The position numbers and the translations under genes are program-made. From a virus: 64,000 bases of DNA. The stretch is taken from the IMG/VR virus record IMGVR_UViG_3300020203_000008, positions 1 to 64,000 of that record. One strand, written 5' to 3'. Under the pieces are notes generated by a model. That model saw only the letters and a list, made by a program, of their open reading frames with translations, searched no databases and had not been told where the DNA came from. Positions 18,605 to 27,986 of this stretch are shown here, one piece after another (position 1 is the stretch's first letter; each line of letters begins with the position of its first letter).

Positions 18605-19225
18605 GTGACTGACCCTGTAGAGCCCCCCGAGGTAGCCGCGTGGAACAAGGCGCAGGCTAGACGCTTCGGTGACCTAATCCAGACGCCCACAGTCAAGCAA
18701 GCGGGCGATGCTCTCGCTACTGCTCTTGTAGCAGCCAGTGAGCGCGCCGAGACCGCGGAACGGATGCTCGAAACGAGCGAGTCGCTCCGTCAGGACTACG
18801 ACCTCGAAGCCCGAGAGTTGACCGTCGAACGCGACCGTCTCCGAGCCATGATTCCCGACCCCAACCAGCCTGGCGTGGGTGGGCATCACCCGACCGCCCA
18901 GGAAGTCATTCTGGGGGCTCTGCGTGATGGCACGGTTGACTCTCGGGAGCACACACTTGCATTGAGCGAACGCGCCGAGACCGCAGAAGCCGAACGAGAC
19001 CGTCTCCGAGAAGCACTCCGAGCCATCTTCGACTCGGTGGTGCTCGACCGCGGTGGCATTGAGCGGACGGACGCAATCACGTCGGCTCGCGATGCCCTGG
19101 CTGCTACCAGCACTGACACCGAGGGGTTCTACGAAGACGACGAGCCCGTCGCGGGTGTGCGTGCTGCGTTCAATGCTGGGACGAAGGGCATTACGTCAGC
19201 GCTGACCATCTGGGGGAAGCCGTGA
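18605..19225 (+). CDS. Hypothetical protein (modular repeat region)
   Basis: GTG-TDPVEPPEVAAWN start; two SERAETAE modules. Confidence 0.55.
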   Translation: MTDPVEPPEVAAWNKAQARRFGDLIQTPTVKQAGDALATALVAASERAETAERMLETSESLRQDYDLEARELTVERDRLRAMIPDPNQPGVGGHHPTAQEVILGALRDGTVDSREHTLALSERAETAEAERDRLREALRAIFDSVVLDRGGIERTDAITSARDALAATSTDTEGFYEDDEPVAGVRAAFNAGTKGITSALTIWGKP

Positions 19226-19360
19226 CCGACCCCGTAGTCGTGCGTCGAATCTCAGTGCCAGCACAGTGGTATCTCGGCGCTCACGGTGACCCGATTGCTC
19301 AGTTCGACTATCTCATTCTCATTTTGATGGCGGACGGTTCAGTCCGATGGGAGCGTGACC

Positions 19361-19594
19361 ATGAGTGACCCTGTACCCGCGACGTTTGAAGTTGATCGGG
19401 ACGTGACCGTGAGCATTCGGCAGACGAGCCGATGGTTCTGGTACATCGACGCCGGTGTCGGATGGAGCCACATCGTGGGTGGCAAGTTCGCTTTCGGTGA
19501 GAAGCGTGCGATCAAGAAGGCCGAGAGATGGCGGCGCACGCTTGAACTAGACGAACAACGATTCGCTACGAGACGAGAACTGGAGAAGCCATGA
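19361..19594 (+). CDS. Hypothetical protein
   Basis: Begins MSDPV, ends EKP. Confidence 0.55.
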   Translation: MSDPVPATFEVDRDVTVSIRQTSRWFWYIDAGVGWSHIVGGKFAFGEKRAIKKAERWRRTLELDEQRFATRRELEKP

Positions 19595-19932
19595 CTGACC
19601 ATGTAGAGCCCCCCGAGGTAGCCGCGTGGAACGAGGCGACGAGAAGCTGGCTCTATCACGACACGAACACGGCCGTCCAAGATGGGGCGTTGCTGTTGCA
19701 CGCGGGCCTTCGTCTTGTAACGGCTCTACGCCGGACCGAAGCCGAACGTGACGCGGCCCTACGCGAGAGAGACCGGTTTCGTGAGCACTCCATGACCCTC
19801 AACACCGTGTCGTGGCGCATATCCCAGGCGCTCGGCAACGTCCCCGAAGGGGCGACCGAAGTCTGGGGCGACACGCTCCCCAACCTCGAAGCACTCATCC
19901 GAGACCGAGACGAGTATGAGCCGAAGCCATGA
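19591..19932 (+). CDS. Hypothetical protein (modular repeat region)
   Basis: MTDHVEPPEVAAWN start; ends PKP. Confidence 0.55.
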   Translation: MTDHVEPPEVAAWNEATRSWLYHDTNTAVQDGALLLHAGLRLVTALRRTEAERDAALRERDRFREHSMTLNTVSWRISQALGNVPEGATEVWGDTLPNLEALIRDRDEYEPKP

Positions 19933-20177
19933 GTGAGGGAGTCAGACGATGAGCAAACCACTCGGCCCTGGGGGCCTCGAAGACGTGCACGACTGGCGCA
20001 AGAGAGCCCTCGCAGCGGAAGCCGACCGTGACTGGCTTCGAGAAGCCCTCCGAGCCCTGGCTGAGGAGGAGAAGGCCCGGCATATCGTGAACTGCACTTG
20101 CGGTCTGATGTGGGACGAACACAATCTTGCGTGTCCGCTCCGGGAGGGACATGCAAGTACGAAACAAGGAGATGTGA

Positions 20178-21155
20178 ATGGAATATGACCGGCTAGGTGT
20201 ACCCGAAGCCAAAGTTACGAGAAAACGTGTTTTGTTAACTGGTGGTTCTGGCTTTGTCGGGGCTCATGTCCTAGACCATCTCCTTAATACCACCGATGCC
20301 GAAGTGACTGTTTTAGCCTCCTTCCGGCATCGTGGAGATCCAAGGCGACTTAGTAAAAGCCTTAATTCTAGGGTCGAGATACTGACCTGCGACCTAGCCG
20401 GAGACCTACCAGATCTTGGAACCTTTGACACGATCCTGCATTTAGCATCCGATAGTCATGTGGATCGTTCGATCCAAAATCCGGTCTCCACGATCGAGAA
20501 TAATGTTCGGATTATGCTCACCATGCTCGAATATGCCAGAGCACACCCACCCGAGACCTTCCTCCTGTTCTCCACAGATGAGGTCTACGGCGATTCCAGC
20601 CCCCTAGTGGACGAGACACAGGCATTGCGTCCATCTAACCCCTATGCGGCTTCTAAGGCCGCTCAGGAGATGATCTCAATTGCTTACTGGCGCACCTACA
20701 GAGTGCCAGTGATCATCACGAACTCTTCGAACGTTGTCGGATCCGGTCAGGACCCAGAGAAGTTCATTCCGAAGATCATTCGTGCCATCAAGGCAGGGGA
20801 GACAATTAAGGTTCATGCAGCCAATGGTGTAGTTGGGATGCGTTATTGGAATCCAGTTCAGAATGTGGTTACTGCTCTTGATGTGGCTTTAGAAGCAGGA
20901 CCAACTTTTAAGTCTCACGGTCCAAATCGTTATCACTTGCCGGGTGGCGAGGAACACTCTAATCTTGATGTAGCTCGCATGGTGGCTGCCGCTCTCAGTA
21001 TGACCTTAGACTACGAGGTTATGGAGGTAGGAGATCTACGACCTGGATATGATCAGCGTTACCCGAAGATCGAAGGCAAAGAGCTGATCGAGTTGGGTTG
21101 GACTCCGGCTATAACCCTGAAGGAATGCATTGATAGGCTCGTCCGAGACTCTTGA
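20178..21155 (+). CDS. rfbB: dTDP-glucose 4,6-dehydratase-like SDR enzyme
   Basis: TGGSGFVG, SDSHVDRSI, STDEVYG, PSNPYAASK, QDPEKFIP, RPGYDQRY. Confidence 0.9.
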   Translation: MEYDRLGVPEAKVTRKRVLLTGGSGFVGAHVLDHLLNTTDAEVTVLASFRHRGDPRRLSKSLNSRVEILTCDLAGDLPDLGTFDTILHLASDSHVDRSIQNPVSTIENNVRIMLTMLEYARAHPPETFLLFSTDEVYGDSSPLVDETQALRPSNPYAASKAAQEMISIAYWRTYRVPVIITNSSNVVGSGQDPEKFIPKIIRAIKAGETIKVHAANGVVGMRYWNPVQNVVTALDVALEAGPTFKSHGPNRYHLPGGEEHSNLDVARMVAAALSMTLDYEVMEVGDLRPGYDQRYPKIEGKELIELGWTPAITLKECIDRLVRDS

Positions 21156-21705
21156 CAGTGGGTCTAGGCTTAGCGCATGCTCAGATCACAGTGGGATCTC
21201 TACACCGTAAGAGACCGTAACGGAAACGTCAGAGGATTTGGTAAATGGTGGCAGGCGAACAAGATCGCCAAGGCAGGGAACTGGAAGATAGTCCGCTACC
21301 TGAAGACCCGTTGATCTGGTGGGGTAGATGTAACTGTCACATATGGCCTATAGTTCGATACTATCGAACATCTTACTGTAGGCGTTGTCGAATAGAACCG
21401 GCTAGTTGTGAAATGCCAGAAGACGGGCGGGCGAAATGTCTCCACGAAGGACCATGCTTTGGCTAAGGTAACTTTCGTTGAGTGCGACAATCCGGCCTGT
21501 TCATCTATGTCTGACAATGAAGGCATGGATTGGTTTAAGATTACGGGGAGGCCGATTTGGAAAGATCTTAAGTGGCAGGAGGTTTTTGCCTGCTCGACAA
21601 CCTGTATCTTACCGGCTTTAATGGCCCATAACGGACAAACGAAAACGTGACCAACGTAACATAAGCTCTTGCGTGAGCCGAAAGATTCTGTAGACTGGGG
21701 GTACC

Positions 21706-22158
21706 ATGAGTCAGCTTCGAACGCTGATGATCTTAGGATTCTCAGCGTTTTTTCTGGACCAGATCACTAAGTATGCCGCTTACGGCCTGGGTTGGACGTA
21801 CTCTAACGCGTCCGGCCCGCTAGGCATTTTCGAAGACGCAGATCTTTTCTATGTGGGATTGATTGCCTTGGCTGTTGCAGTCGTGATCTGGTCATACCAC
21901 GTCATGGGCTCAGACTTGGGCGAAATGACTGGTCTAACTCTTGTAGCTGCTGGCGTGGCAGGAAATTTGATCGATTTTGCCGTTCACCGTGCAGTGTGGG
22001 ACTGGATTCCGCTACCTGGCACGAACATCGTATTTAACATTGCTGATGTCCTCATAATCTTTGGGCTTTTTGTTTGGATTTTTCTGCGCGAACCTTCGAA
22101 GGGAGGTGCCAATGAAGGAACTACTCAAGCTCAGGGTGACCAAGCCCAAGAAGTCTGA
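21706..22158 (+). CDS. lspA: Lipoprotein signal peptidase II-like protein
   Basis: LDQITK, GNLID, VWDWI, VFNIAD motifs; four TM segments. Confidence 0.85.
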   Translation: MSQLRTLMILGFSAFFLDQITKYAAYGLGWTYSNASGPLGIFEDADLFYVGLIALAVAVVIWSYHVMGSDLGEMTGLTLVAAGVAGNLIDFAVHRAVWDWIPLPGTNIVFNIADVLIIFGLFVWIFLREPSKGGANEGTTQAQGDQAQEV

Positions 22159-22290
22159 TGCAGTGAAGGCAGCAACAGTTGCTGTTATTGCCCCTGCTGT
22201 CAGGCGTAGGTAACAGTGCGGGGACCGCGGCTTCGGTCGCGGTCCCCGAGAAAACAGAAGGAACGATTATGCAGAAGAAACGGAGCACAG

Positions 22291-22875
22291 ATGAACGAAC
22301 TCGACAAGCTGAACGCTGAACGGCAGGCAGCACACGAACACGCTCAGGCCGAACGGATGCAGCGGGCCACCACCGTCCGCCCGAAGCCGAAGGGCCGGTG
22401 GCGGCTCATCGCTGCGGCGGTCGTCGTCGTGCTCGGCGTGACCGCCGTAGCCACACGGGCCGACGCCTGGCCGGTAGCGGGTCTCCGTTGGGGTGACCGG
22501 GCCGGAACGGCGGCGGGTACTGCGATCGTCGCAACGCCGGGAAGCGTCGGGTCTGCGACAGGGACTGCGCTCGTTGCTCGTGCCCGGTGGATCTTCGGGC
22601 AGTCATGCCTCGACAGTTTCACGCTCCCGAACATCGGTGGCAACTACGTGCTTTACGCCGCTGACGTGATGCGGTCGTGCAGCTACAACCCTTACGGGCT
22701 GTCGGTGGTGTCACTCGGGTACAGGGCCAACGGAACGCCGAGGATCTTCACATACTCGATTGTGCTCCAAGCCAACGGCGTGACGCACCACGACTTCTGG
22801 ACCGGAGCACCTGCCTGTTGGCCCGCAGACAGGCCGTCGGACCCGAATCCAGTGTGCCCGATTGGGGGATGGTGA
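22291..22875 (+). CDS. Secreted/membrane-anchored hypothetical protein
   Basis: Signal-like hydrophobic segment ending ADA; followed by a long hairpin. Confidence 0.6.
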   Translation: MNELDKLNAERQAAHEHAQAERMQRATTVRPKPKGRWRLIAAAVVVVLGVTAVATRADAWPVAGLRWGDRAGTAAGTAIVATPGSVGSATGTALVARARWIFGQSCLDSFTLPNIGGNYVLYAADVMRSCSYNPYGLSVVSLGYRANGTPRIFTYSIVLQANGVTHHDFWTGAPACWPADRPSDPNPVCPIGGW

Positions 22876-22951
22876 ACAACCCGATGTAAAGAGTCCCGTC
22901 CGGGCTCTTGCCCGCGGCTCGGTGAGTCAGAACCGCACGTCGTAACAACTT

Positions 22952-23015
22952 CCCGGTCCCGTGCGCTTCACCTCGCCCAGCCCCCCCTGGCGGGTGAAGC
23001 GCAGGGGGCCGGGGG
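22952..23015. terminator. Long GC-rich hairpin (terminator or processing structure)
   Basis: CCCGGTCCC.TGCGCTTCACC...GGTGAAGCGCAGGGGGCCGGG. Confidence 0.55.
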
Positions 23016-23169
23016 TGAGCTCAACCTCGCAGTGTGCCTGCGGGGTCAGTGCCAGATGTGGCTTCAGTGCTCCCCCTGGCTCCTTCCCCACTCGATAATG
23101 TGATTACAACGAGCCCGGACGTAAATACCTTGACATGGATGTCGATACCTGAGATAGTTATTTGGATAC

Positions 23170-23243
23170 GCCCTCGTGGAGGAATGGCTAGACTCACTGC
23201 CCTCTCACGGCAGATACTGCGGGTTCGAGTCCCGTCGAGGGTA
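23170..23243 (+). tRNA. tRNA-Glu(CTC)
   Basis: Cloverleaf, loop CTCTCAC. Confidence 0.9.
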
Positions 23244-23254
23244 CGCAAGTACAT

Positions 23255-23331
23255 ACGGGTGTAGTTCCAATTGGCAGAACGGCTGCTTCCAAACCAGCGC
23301 GCTGAGGGTTCGAATCCTTCCACCCGTGCCA
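23255..23331 (+). tRNA. tRNA-Trp(CCA)
   Basis: Loop TTCCAAA, G73, CCA. Confidence 0.9.
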
Positions 23332-23446
23332 TGTTCGCAACCTATATGCAACCGACATCGAATCAGAAGCCCGGTAAAACGGGCTTGTCGGTCGCGCATG
23401 GGGACCGACTGTAAGACGCAGGGCCATATACCCGCCCTGTGACCTT

Positions 23447-23519
23447 TCCGGGGTGGCGCAACTGGCAGCGCAGCGGCTTCTGACGCCGAAGGCTGAAGGT
23501 TCGAACCCTTCCCCCGGAG
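23447..23519 (+). tRNA. tRNA-Gln(CTG)
   Basis: Loop TTCTGAC, U1-A72. Confidence 0.9.
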
Positions 23520-23531
23520 CGCAATGCATAT

Positions 23532-23602
23532 TCGGGAGTCGTCTAAAGGCAGGACGTGAGTTTTTGGCACTCACTATGAGGGTTCGATTCCTTCCTCCCG
23601 AG
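23532..23602 (+). tRNA. tRNA-Gln(TTG)
   Basis: Loop TTTTGGC, U1-A72. Confidence 0.9.
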
Positions 23603-23616
23603 CGCAATACAAATTT

Positions 23617-23689
23617 GGCTCCGTAGCTCAGAGGACAGAGCAATGGCTTCCGAAGCCATGTGTCGCAGGTTCAAATCCTGCCGGGGTCA
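23617..23689 (+). tRNA. tRNA-Arg(CCG)
   Basis: Loop TTCCGAA. Confidence 0.95.
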
Positions 23690-23708
23690 CGAAATAGATT
23701 GACAATGA

Positions 23709-23780
23709 GCGCCTCTAGCTTAACGGTAGAGCAAGTGACTTTTAATCACAAGGTTCAGGGTTCGAATCCCTGGGGGCGTA
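23709..23780 (+). tRNA. tRNA-Lys(TTT)
   Basis: Loop CTTTTAA. Confidence 0.95.
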
Positions 23781-23797
23781 CTACATTTGAAAACCGA

Positions 23798-23870
23798 GCA
23801 CCCGTAACTCAGTGGGTAGAGTAGCTGCCTCTTAAGCAGATTGTCGTCGGTTCGAACCCGACCGGGTGTA
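23798..23870 (+). tRNA. tRNA-Lys(CTT)
   Basis: Loop CTCTTAA. Confidence 0.95.
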
Positions 23871-23962
23871 CCGCCAGGATGCAACATGATGTTCGTCCTG
23901 ACACTTGTATGTTGATAACTGAATATGGAAGCGACGAGCGTAGGTATGTTACTGCGCTCTTT

Positions 23963-24035
23963 GGGGCCTTAGTGATAACGGCAAGCACTCCTGCTTTGCA
24001 CGCAGGGAGTCGGGGTTCGATTCCCCGAGGCTCCA
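23963..24035 (+). tRNA. tRNA-Ala(TGC)
   Basis: Loop TTTGCAC, G3-U70. Confidence 0.95.
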
Positions 24036-24040
24036 CTTTG

Positions 24041-24167
24041 TTCGCCTCCTGTCGTCATTACCCTCGCCTTTCTATTAGGTGGAGCCTCTGGTGGCGGTGG
24101 CTACTCCAGAAATCATGGAGAGCACAGGAGCACGCGCTCGCCTATGTATTAGGAGTAGGGAGGTGAA
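24041..24167 (+). ncRNA. Candidate structured ncRNA A
   Basis: Closing stem TTCGCCTCC/GGAGGTGAA; shares AGGAGCAYGCGCTCGCC-hairpin-GGARTAG with 29192-29226. Confidence 0.5.
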
Positions 24168-24268
24168 TTATTCCCTGATAATACCAGTTGATACTTCATA
24201 GTTGCCCAAAGGATGCTTGACGGGGCGGTATATTCGCCTCATCACATTAACCGTACCTGGGGATAACT

Positions 24269-24529
24269 ATGAAGAAGGTTTACCGGCTAGTGATCGACTG
24301 GGAATACGAAGAAGATCAGACTCTTCTTGTGCAGGCTGATCAGATAGTTGATGAAGCCTGGGGGATCCTCGATCCAGACTGCGACGGCCAGGAAGATTGT
24401 GCTATCTGGTGGTCGATGGAAGGCAGGGATGTCACGGAGGAATACTTAATGTTGGAGCAAGGATGGAAGAAAGACGAGATCGACGGGTTCTTTGATACCA
24501 TTAAGTTCAAGGACTATCCGAGATCTTGA
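24269..24529 (+). CDS. Hypothetical acidic protein
   Basis: ORF with RBS between tRNAs. Confidence 0.6.
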   Translation: MKKVYRLVIDWEYEEDQTLLVQADQIVDEAWGILDPDCDGQEDCAIWWSMEGRDVTEEYLMLEQGWKKDEIDGFFDTIKFKDYPRS

Positions 24530-24535
24530 TAACTT

Positions 24536-24607
24536 TCCTGGGTAGTTCAGTGGCAGAACGATCCGCTGTTAACGGATATGTCGGGGGTTCGAATCCCTCC
24601 CTGGGAG
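24536..24607 (+). tRNA. tRNA-Asn(GTT)
   Basis: Loop CTGTTAA. Confidence 0.95.
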
Positions 24608-24867
24608 CTTGGGTGCCAGACAGTAATGTTGGACGCAATATTATTGGGACAAGTTGGCTAAGAGCGGAGAACCCCGCGCCACCATCCTTACAGGGTGGAA
24701 GCGGTTAGTAACCTGCCCATGAGATCCTTATACGTTTACATTTGTATTGACGACAGATACGGTTACGAGAACGTAGACTCTTTGATTCAAGAAGGTTGGG
24801 TAGTTCACGGTTTCTTTACTATGACCGATGCTGCAAACACCACAATTTTTGTGATGTGCAACTCCAT

Positions 24868-24943
24868 GGTGGCTATAGCTTAACGGTAGAGTCCTTGGTT
24901 GTGATCCAAGTGTGTGCCAGTTCGAATCTGGTTAGCCACCCCA
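24868..24943 (+). tRNA. tRNA-His(GTG)
   Basis: G-1:C73, loop TTGTGAT, CCA. Confidence 0.95.
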
Positions 24944-24944
24944 A

Positions 24945-25015
24945 GTCGGTATAACCTAATGGTAGGGTAGGAGTTTCATAAGCTCTTTGTGCAGGTTCAA
25001 CTCCTGCTACCGATA
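24945..25015 (+). tRNA. tRNA with CAT anticodon (Met or Ile2)
   Basis: Loop TTCATAA. Confidence 0.85.
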
Positions 25016-25039
25016 CTCAGTTGAAGCTCAAGGAGAAGT

Positions 25040-25369
25040 ATGCCAGCACTATCAGATACACTAAAGGAATATTTCGAGAGTGCAGTCCAAAAGGACGTAA
25101 CTCCCGATGAGATCCTCTGGGACGTTACAATCGGTCCAGGTGAAGGTGGCCAACCAACAGCATTTATCTTCTTCTGGATGAAAGCAGCCTTGATCAATCA
25201 GCTACTTTCGTTTACGATGGTCATAGCAAACCCTCCTCTTGTAAAGCAGGAGGATGTGGATAGACTGGTAGCTCAGGCTGTCGAAGCAATGCGGAAGCAG
25301 CGTACTGAGCAACTCAACCAGGGAGCAATTGAAGTTCCTGGTGCCCCTTACACTGGTGGGGAAGTTTGA
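25040..25369 (+). CDS. Hypothetical protein
   Basis: AAGGAG RBS. Confidence 0.65.
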   Translation: MPALSDTLKEYFESAVQKDVTPDEILWDVTIGPGEGGQPTAFIFFWMKAALINQLLSFTMVIANPPLVKQEDVDRLVAQAVEAMRKQRTEQLNQGAIEVPGAPYTGGEV

Positions 25370-25476
25370 CAATTTCGAGGAGAACCCCGGATCAGTCCTA
25401 GGACACTGTTCGGGAAGTATCCAAGACGGGAGCTAGGGTCCCCGATTGATAAGCAGACGGAAGTTCTGCACCCCTT

Positions 25477-25855
25477 GGGTCTGACAGGCTTCGATTGTGT
25501 TATCCGAGGTATGTTTCGCTGGTCGTCCAGAGTAGGGACGTTAAAGAACTCACAAGCCTTAACTGGCAACGCAATGGACAACATCGACGCTGAGTACGAA
25601 GCCCTTGTGGCTTCTTACGAGGGTGCCCTCGTCTAACGAGGGTCGTCTGGGGTAGGTCACCTCGCCTTATTATCCAAAGTGACCCCGTGCCCGGTCGGTT
25701 AACCGTGGCCCGTTCCCTAGAGCTAGGGTGGCACCCCCGAAGGGGCTGACTTTCAGGAAAGACTGAAAATATGGGAGCCATCCCTAAATGGCTATACCAG
25801 TAGACGGACTATTTACGAAGCACAAGACCCCGGTTCGATTCCGGGCAGATCCACC
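25477..25855 (+). ncRNA. ssrA: tmRNA
   Basis: 5' GGGTCTGACAGGCTTCGA and 3' GACCCCGGTTCGATTCCGGGCAGATCCACC with G3-U; tag ORF 25565-25636 GNAMDNIDAEYEALVASYEGALV* after TAACT. Confidence 0.92.
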
Positions 25856-26372
25856 GAGGGAACGTTCTGAGAAGCTCACTGAGCGCCACCGCGTATGAGA
25901 TTGGAACCACGGAGAGCGCGAGATGCTCGACAACGTGAACCCCGTCAATCAAGATTCCCCTGTTCACACGGATGTAGTTCGCGTATCGTCGTTCCTCTGT
26001 TGCGCGCGCAGAGTGAGCGCCACGGATCCGCGAGGAGGCAGGCAGTGGCGGCGAGCGAGATGAGTGGCCGGGGATCGCACTCGCGCACGAAGCGAGTGAT
26101 CACTGATGCCAAGTCGGCCGCTACCGCCGGTGTCCGCACCGCCGTCTCGATGTTCCACGAGACTCGTTCGGCGCGAGCCGCGGCTGAACGGGTCCGTGCG
26201 CTTCCAGAGGTACAGGAGAGTCGCGCGAAGTTCGCCGGCAAGGCCGGACCCAGGGACGAATCGGGTCGCGACGTGATTGCAGAGCGTCGCGCCTTCTTGA
26301 AGAGCGGCGGCAAGGACAGCCACCCAAAGTCCGCGCACGACTGAACAACAGCCAGGAGAGTACTGGCATCTA

Positions 26373-26453
26373 GGGAGAATCGCATAATGGTATTGCACCT
26401 GGTTGTAACCCAGACGAGGAAACTCATTGGGGGTTCGACTCCCTCTTCTCCCA
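26373..26453 (+). tRNA. tRNA-Tyr(GTA)
   Basis: Loop TTGTAAC, variable arm. Confidence 0.9.
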
Positions 26454-26514
26454 CCGTTGTCACAGACACGTTCTACGTATCATTGTGACGGCTAAGCATC
26501 TTGATTGACAACAA

Positions 26515-26598
26515 GGAAGATTGGCAGAGCGGTCAATTGCAGTGGGTTGCTAACCCATGGTCCGAAAGGGCTCAGAGGTTCGAATCCTCTATCTTCCG
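26515..26598 (+). tRNA. tRNA-Ser(GCT)
   Basis: Loop TTGCTAA, long variable arm. Confidence 0.95.
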
Positions 26599-26599
26599 C

Positions 26600-26775
26600 G
26601 TAAGAGTAGACCCTGACTGTGAAGCAGGGTGTTTGTAAACTAAAGGCGAAGTGGAATGGAACTAACACGCGTTTCCTAGAGTAGTCTGAGGTTGCGTCTT
26701 GACTGAATTGGATCAGTAGCGAGGGACGTGATAGTGCTAGTCGCTCTGCAAATTGGGTGGTATCCCTGCTCTTAC
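26600..26775 (+). ncRNA. Candidate structured ncRNA between two tRNAs
   Basis: 10-bp closing stem GTAAGAGTAG/CTGCTCTTAC plus internal hairpins. Confidence 0.5.
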
Positions 26776-26778
26776 CTT

Positions 26779-26857
26779 GGCCCTATAGGGGAGTCTGGCC
26801 GTCCCCGTCTCCTTGTCACGGAGGAAATCGCGGGTTCAAATCCCGCTAGGGTCGCCA
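26779..26857 (+). tRNA. tRNA-Asp(GTC)
   Basis: Loop TTGTCAC, G73, CCA. Confidence 0.95.
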
Positions 26858-26988
26858 TTACATGAGGCTTGCTAGAACAAAGTGTTCGGCATTGGCTTGT
26901 CTTGTGTGATTAATGCAAAACCAAGGGAACGCTGAAAACGTTCTGTACCAAGTGGTAAGCAGTTTTATCTATTGGGCGATTCCTGATA

Positions 26989-27060
26989 GAGTCGGTGGTG
27001 TAGTGGCCGCACGACCGCCCTTGAATGGCGGTAGATCGGGTTCAATTCCCGGCCGATCGA
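26989..27060 (+). tRNA. Atypical tRNA or pseudo-tRNA (anticodon TGA, no variable arm)
   Basis: D, anticodon (CCGCC-CTTGAAT-GGCGG) and T arms intact; acceptor stem imperfect. Confidence 0.6.
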
Positions 27061-27103
27061 AACTGAAGGGTTCAAGCATTAATCTGTTTTAGGAAGGAGG
27101 ATA

Positions 27104-27511
27104 ATGTCCAACCTGTATTACAGCCCAGAAGACTTTGGTCTACAGCTAGTTAAGGAATTGAGTGAGAGCAATATGTCTTACTCGTTCAATCTGATTTGCG
27201 TATGGCAGCACCTTGACGGCAATCTATATTGGGCTCATGATTCTGGTTGTTCTTGTCCTTCTCCTTTCGAGGACTTCTCTTCGGTTGGAGAACTGGCTCT
27301 GTTGGATCATTTTACTTTCGATGCCTTCTCCCGGTTCCTCAAGGACGAGTGGCAGACCGATGAATTGATAGCAAAGGATTGGGCAGAAGCTGTTCAAGTA
27401 ATGTCGAAGATCGCAAGGATGCTCGGTCCTTTGCCAACCGATGAAGAGATCGAGGCTGCACGTAACGCACTACTGGAAACGTATATGCAGCTAAATGGTT
27501 TGCCTCTATAG
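27104..27511 (+). CDS. Conserved phage hypothetical protein
   Basis: AAGGAGG RBS; YYSPE.FGL and DSGCSCPSPF motifs; stop codon lies inside the next tRNA. Confidence 0.75.
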   Translation: MSNLYYSPEDFGLQLVKELSESNMSYSFNLICVWQHLDGNLYWAHDSGCSCPSPFEDFSSVGELALLDHFTFDAFSRFLKDEWQTDELIAKDWAEAVQVMSKIARMLGPLPTDEEIEAARNALLETYMQLNGLPL

Positions 27512-27573
27512 CTCAACGGACAGAGCCGCCGCCTTCTAAGCGGCCGATCGAGGTTCGATTCCTCGTAGGGGTA
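27502..27573 (+). tRNA. tRNA-Arg(TCT)
   Basis: Loop CTTCTAA. Confidence 0.95.
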
Positions 27574-27702
27574 CTCGGTGATTGGTCCAACTGTCATGTG
27601 ATAAGAGTGGAATATACCGTAAGTTGACAGTAAACGGCCTCAGTCGTCAAAGATCCTTTCGATGTCTGGGGGTTATCCTCCACCAATTACCAATACTGTA
27701 AC

Positions 27703-27777
27703 GCCGTCGTAGTTTCAATGGTAGAACTCGCCCTTGGTACGGGTGCGATACAGGTTCGACTCCTGTCGATGGCTCCA
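27703..27777 (+). tRNA. tRNA-Thr(GGT)
   Basis: Loop TTGGTAC, CCA. Confidence 0.95.
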
Positions 27778-27778
27778 C

Positions 27779-27861
27779 GCGTTCGTGGCGGAATGGCAGA
27801 CGCGCTAGGTTTAGGCCCTAGTGTCTTCAAGGACGTGGGAGTTCGACTCTCCCCGAACGCA
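27779..27861 (+). tRNA. tRNA-Leu(TAG)
   Basis: Loop TTTAGGC, variable arm. Confidence 0.95.
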
Positions 27862-27986
27862 CGTAGCGCTAATGGTGGTTCGAATCCACCCTCATCTTCC
27901 GGGTCGCCCAAAGTGAGTCAGTTACACAGCGGCGGGCATCGTCAGCTAGGTGAAGTAGTTTAAGAGGAAAAACGGCGCTTACTTCT

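Larger units (their letters stand above)
17818..19935 (+). repeat. Dispersed direct repeats at gene junctions
   Basis: TGACCCTGTAGAGCCCCCCGAGGTAG variants near 17834, 18610 and 19596; GAAGCC(A/G)TGA or GAACCCATGA junctions near 17823, 18191, 18463, 19216, 19585 and 19923. Confidence 0.8.

Noticed and set aside
17818-19935. CRISPR array
   Set aside because: The repeats are coding, degenerate and irregularly spaced, and there are no cas genes.
25895-26344. Mobile element next to the tmRNA
   Set aside because: It is GC-rich with a weak basic ORF, but has no integrase or transposase motifs and no duplicated tmRNA end.
27862-27912. Additional tRNA
   Set aside because: Only a T arm (GGTGG-TTCGAAT-CCACC) is visible; no acceptor or anticodon arm could be built.
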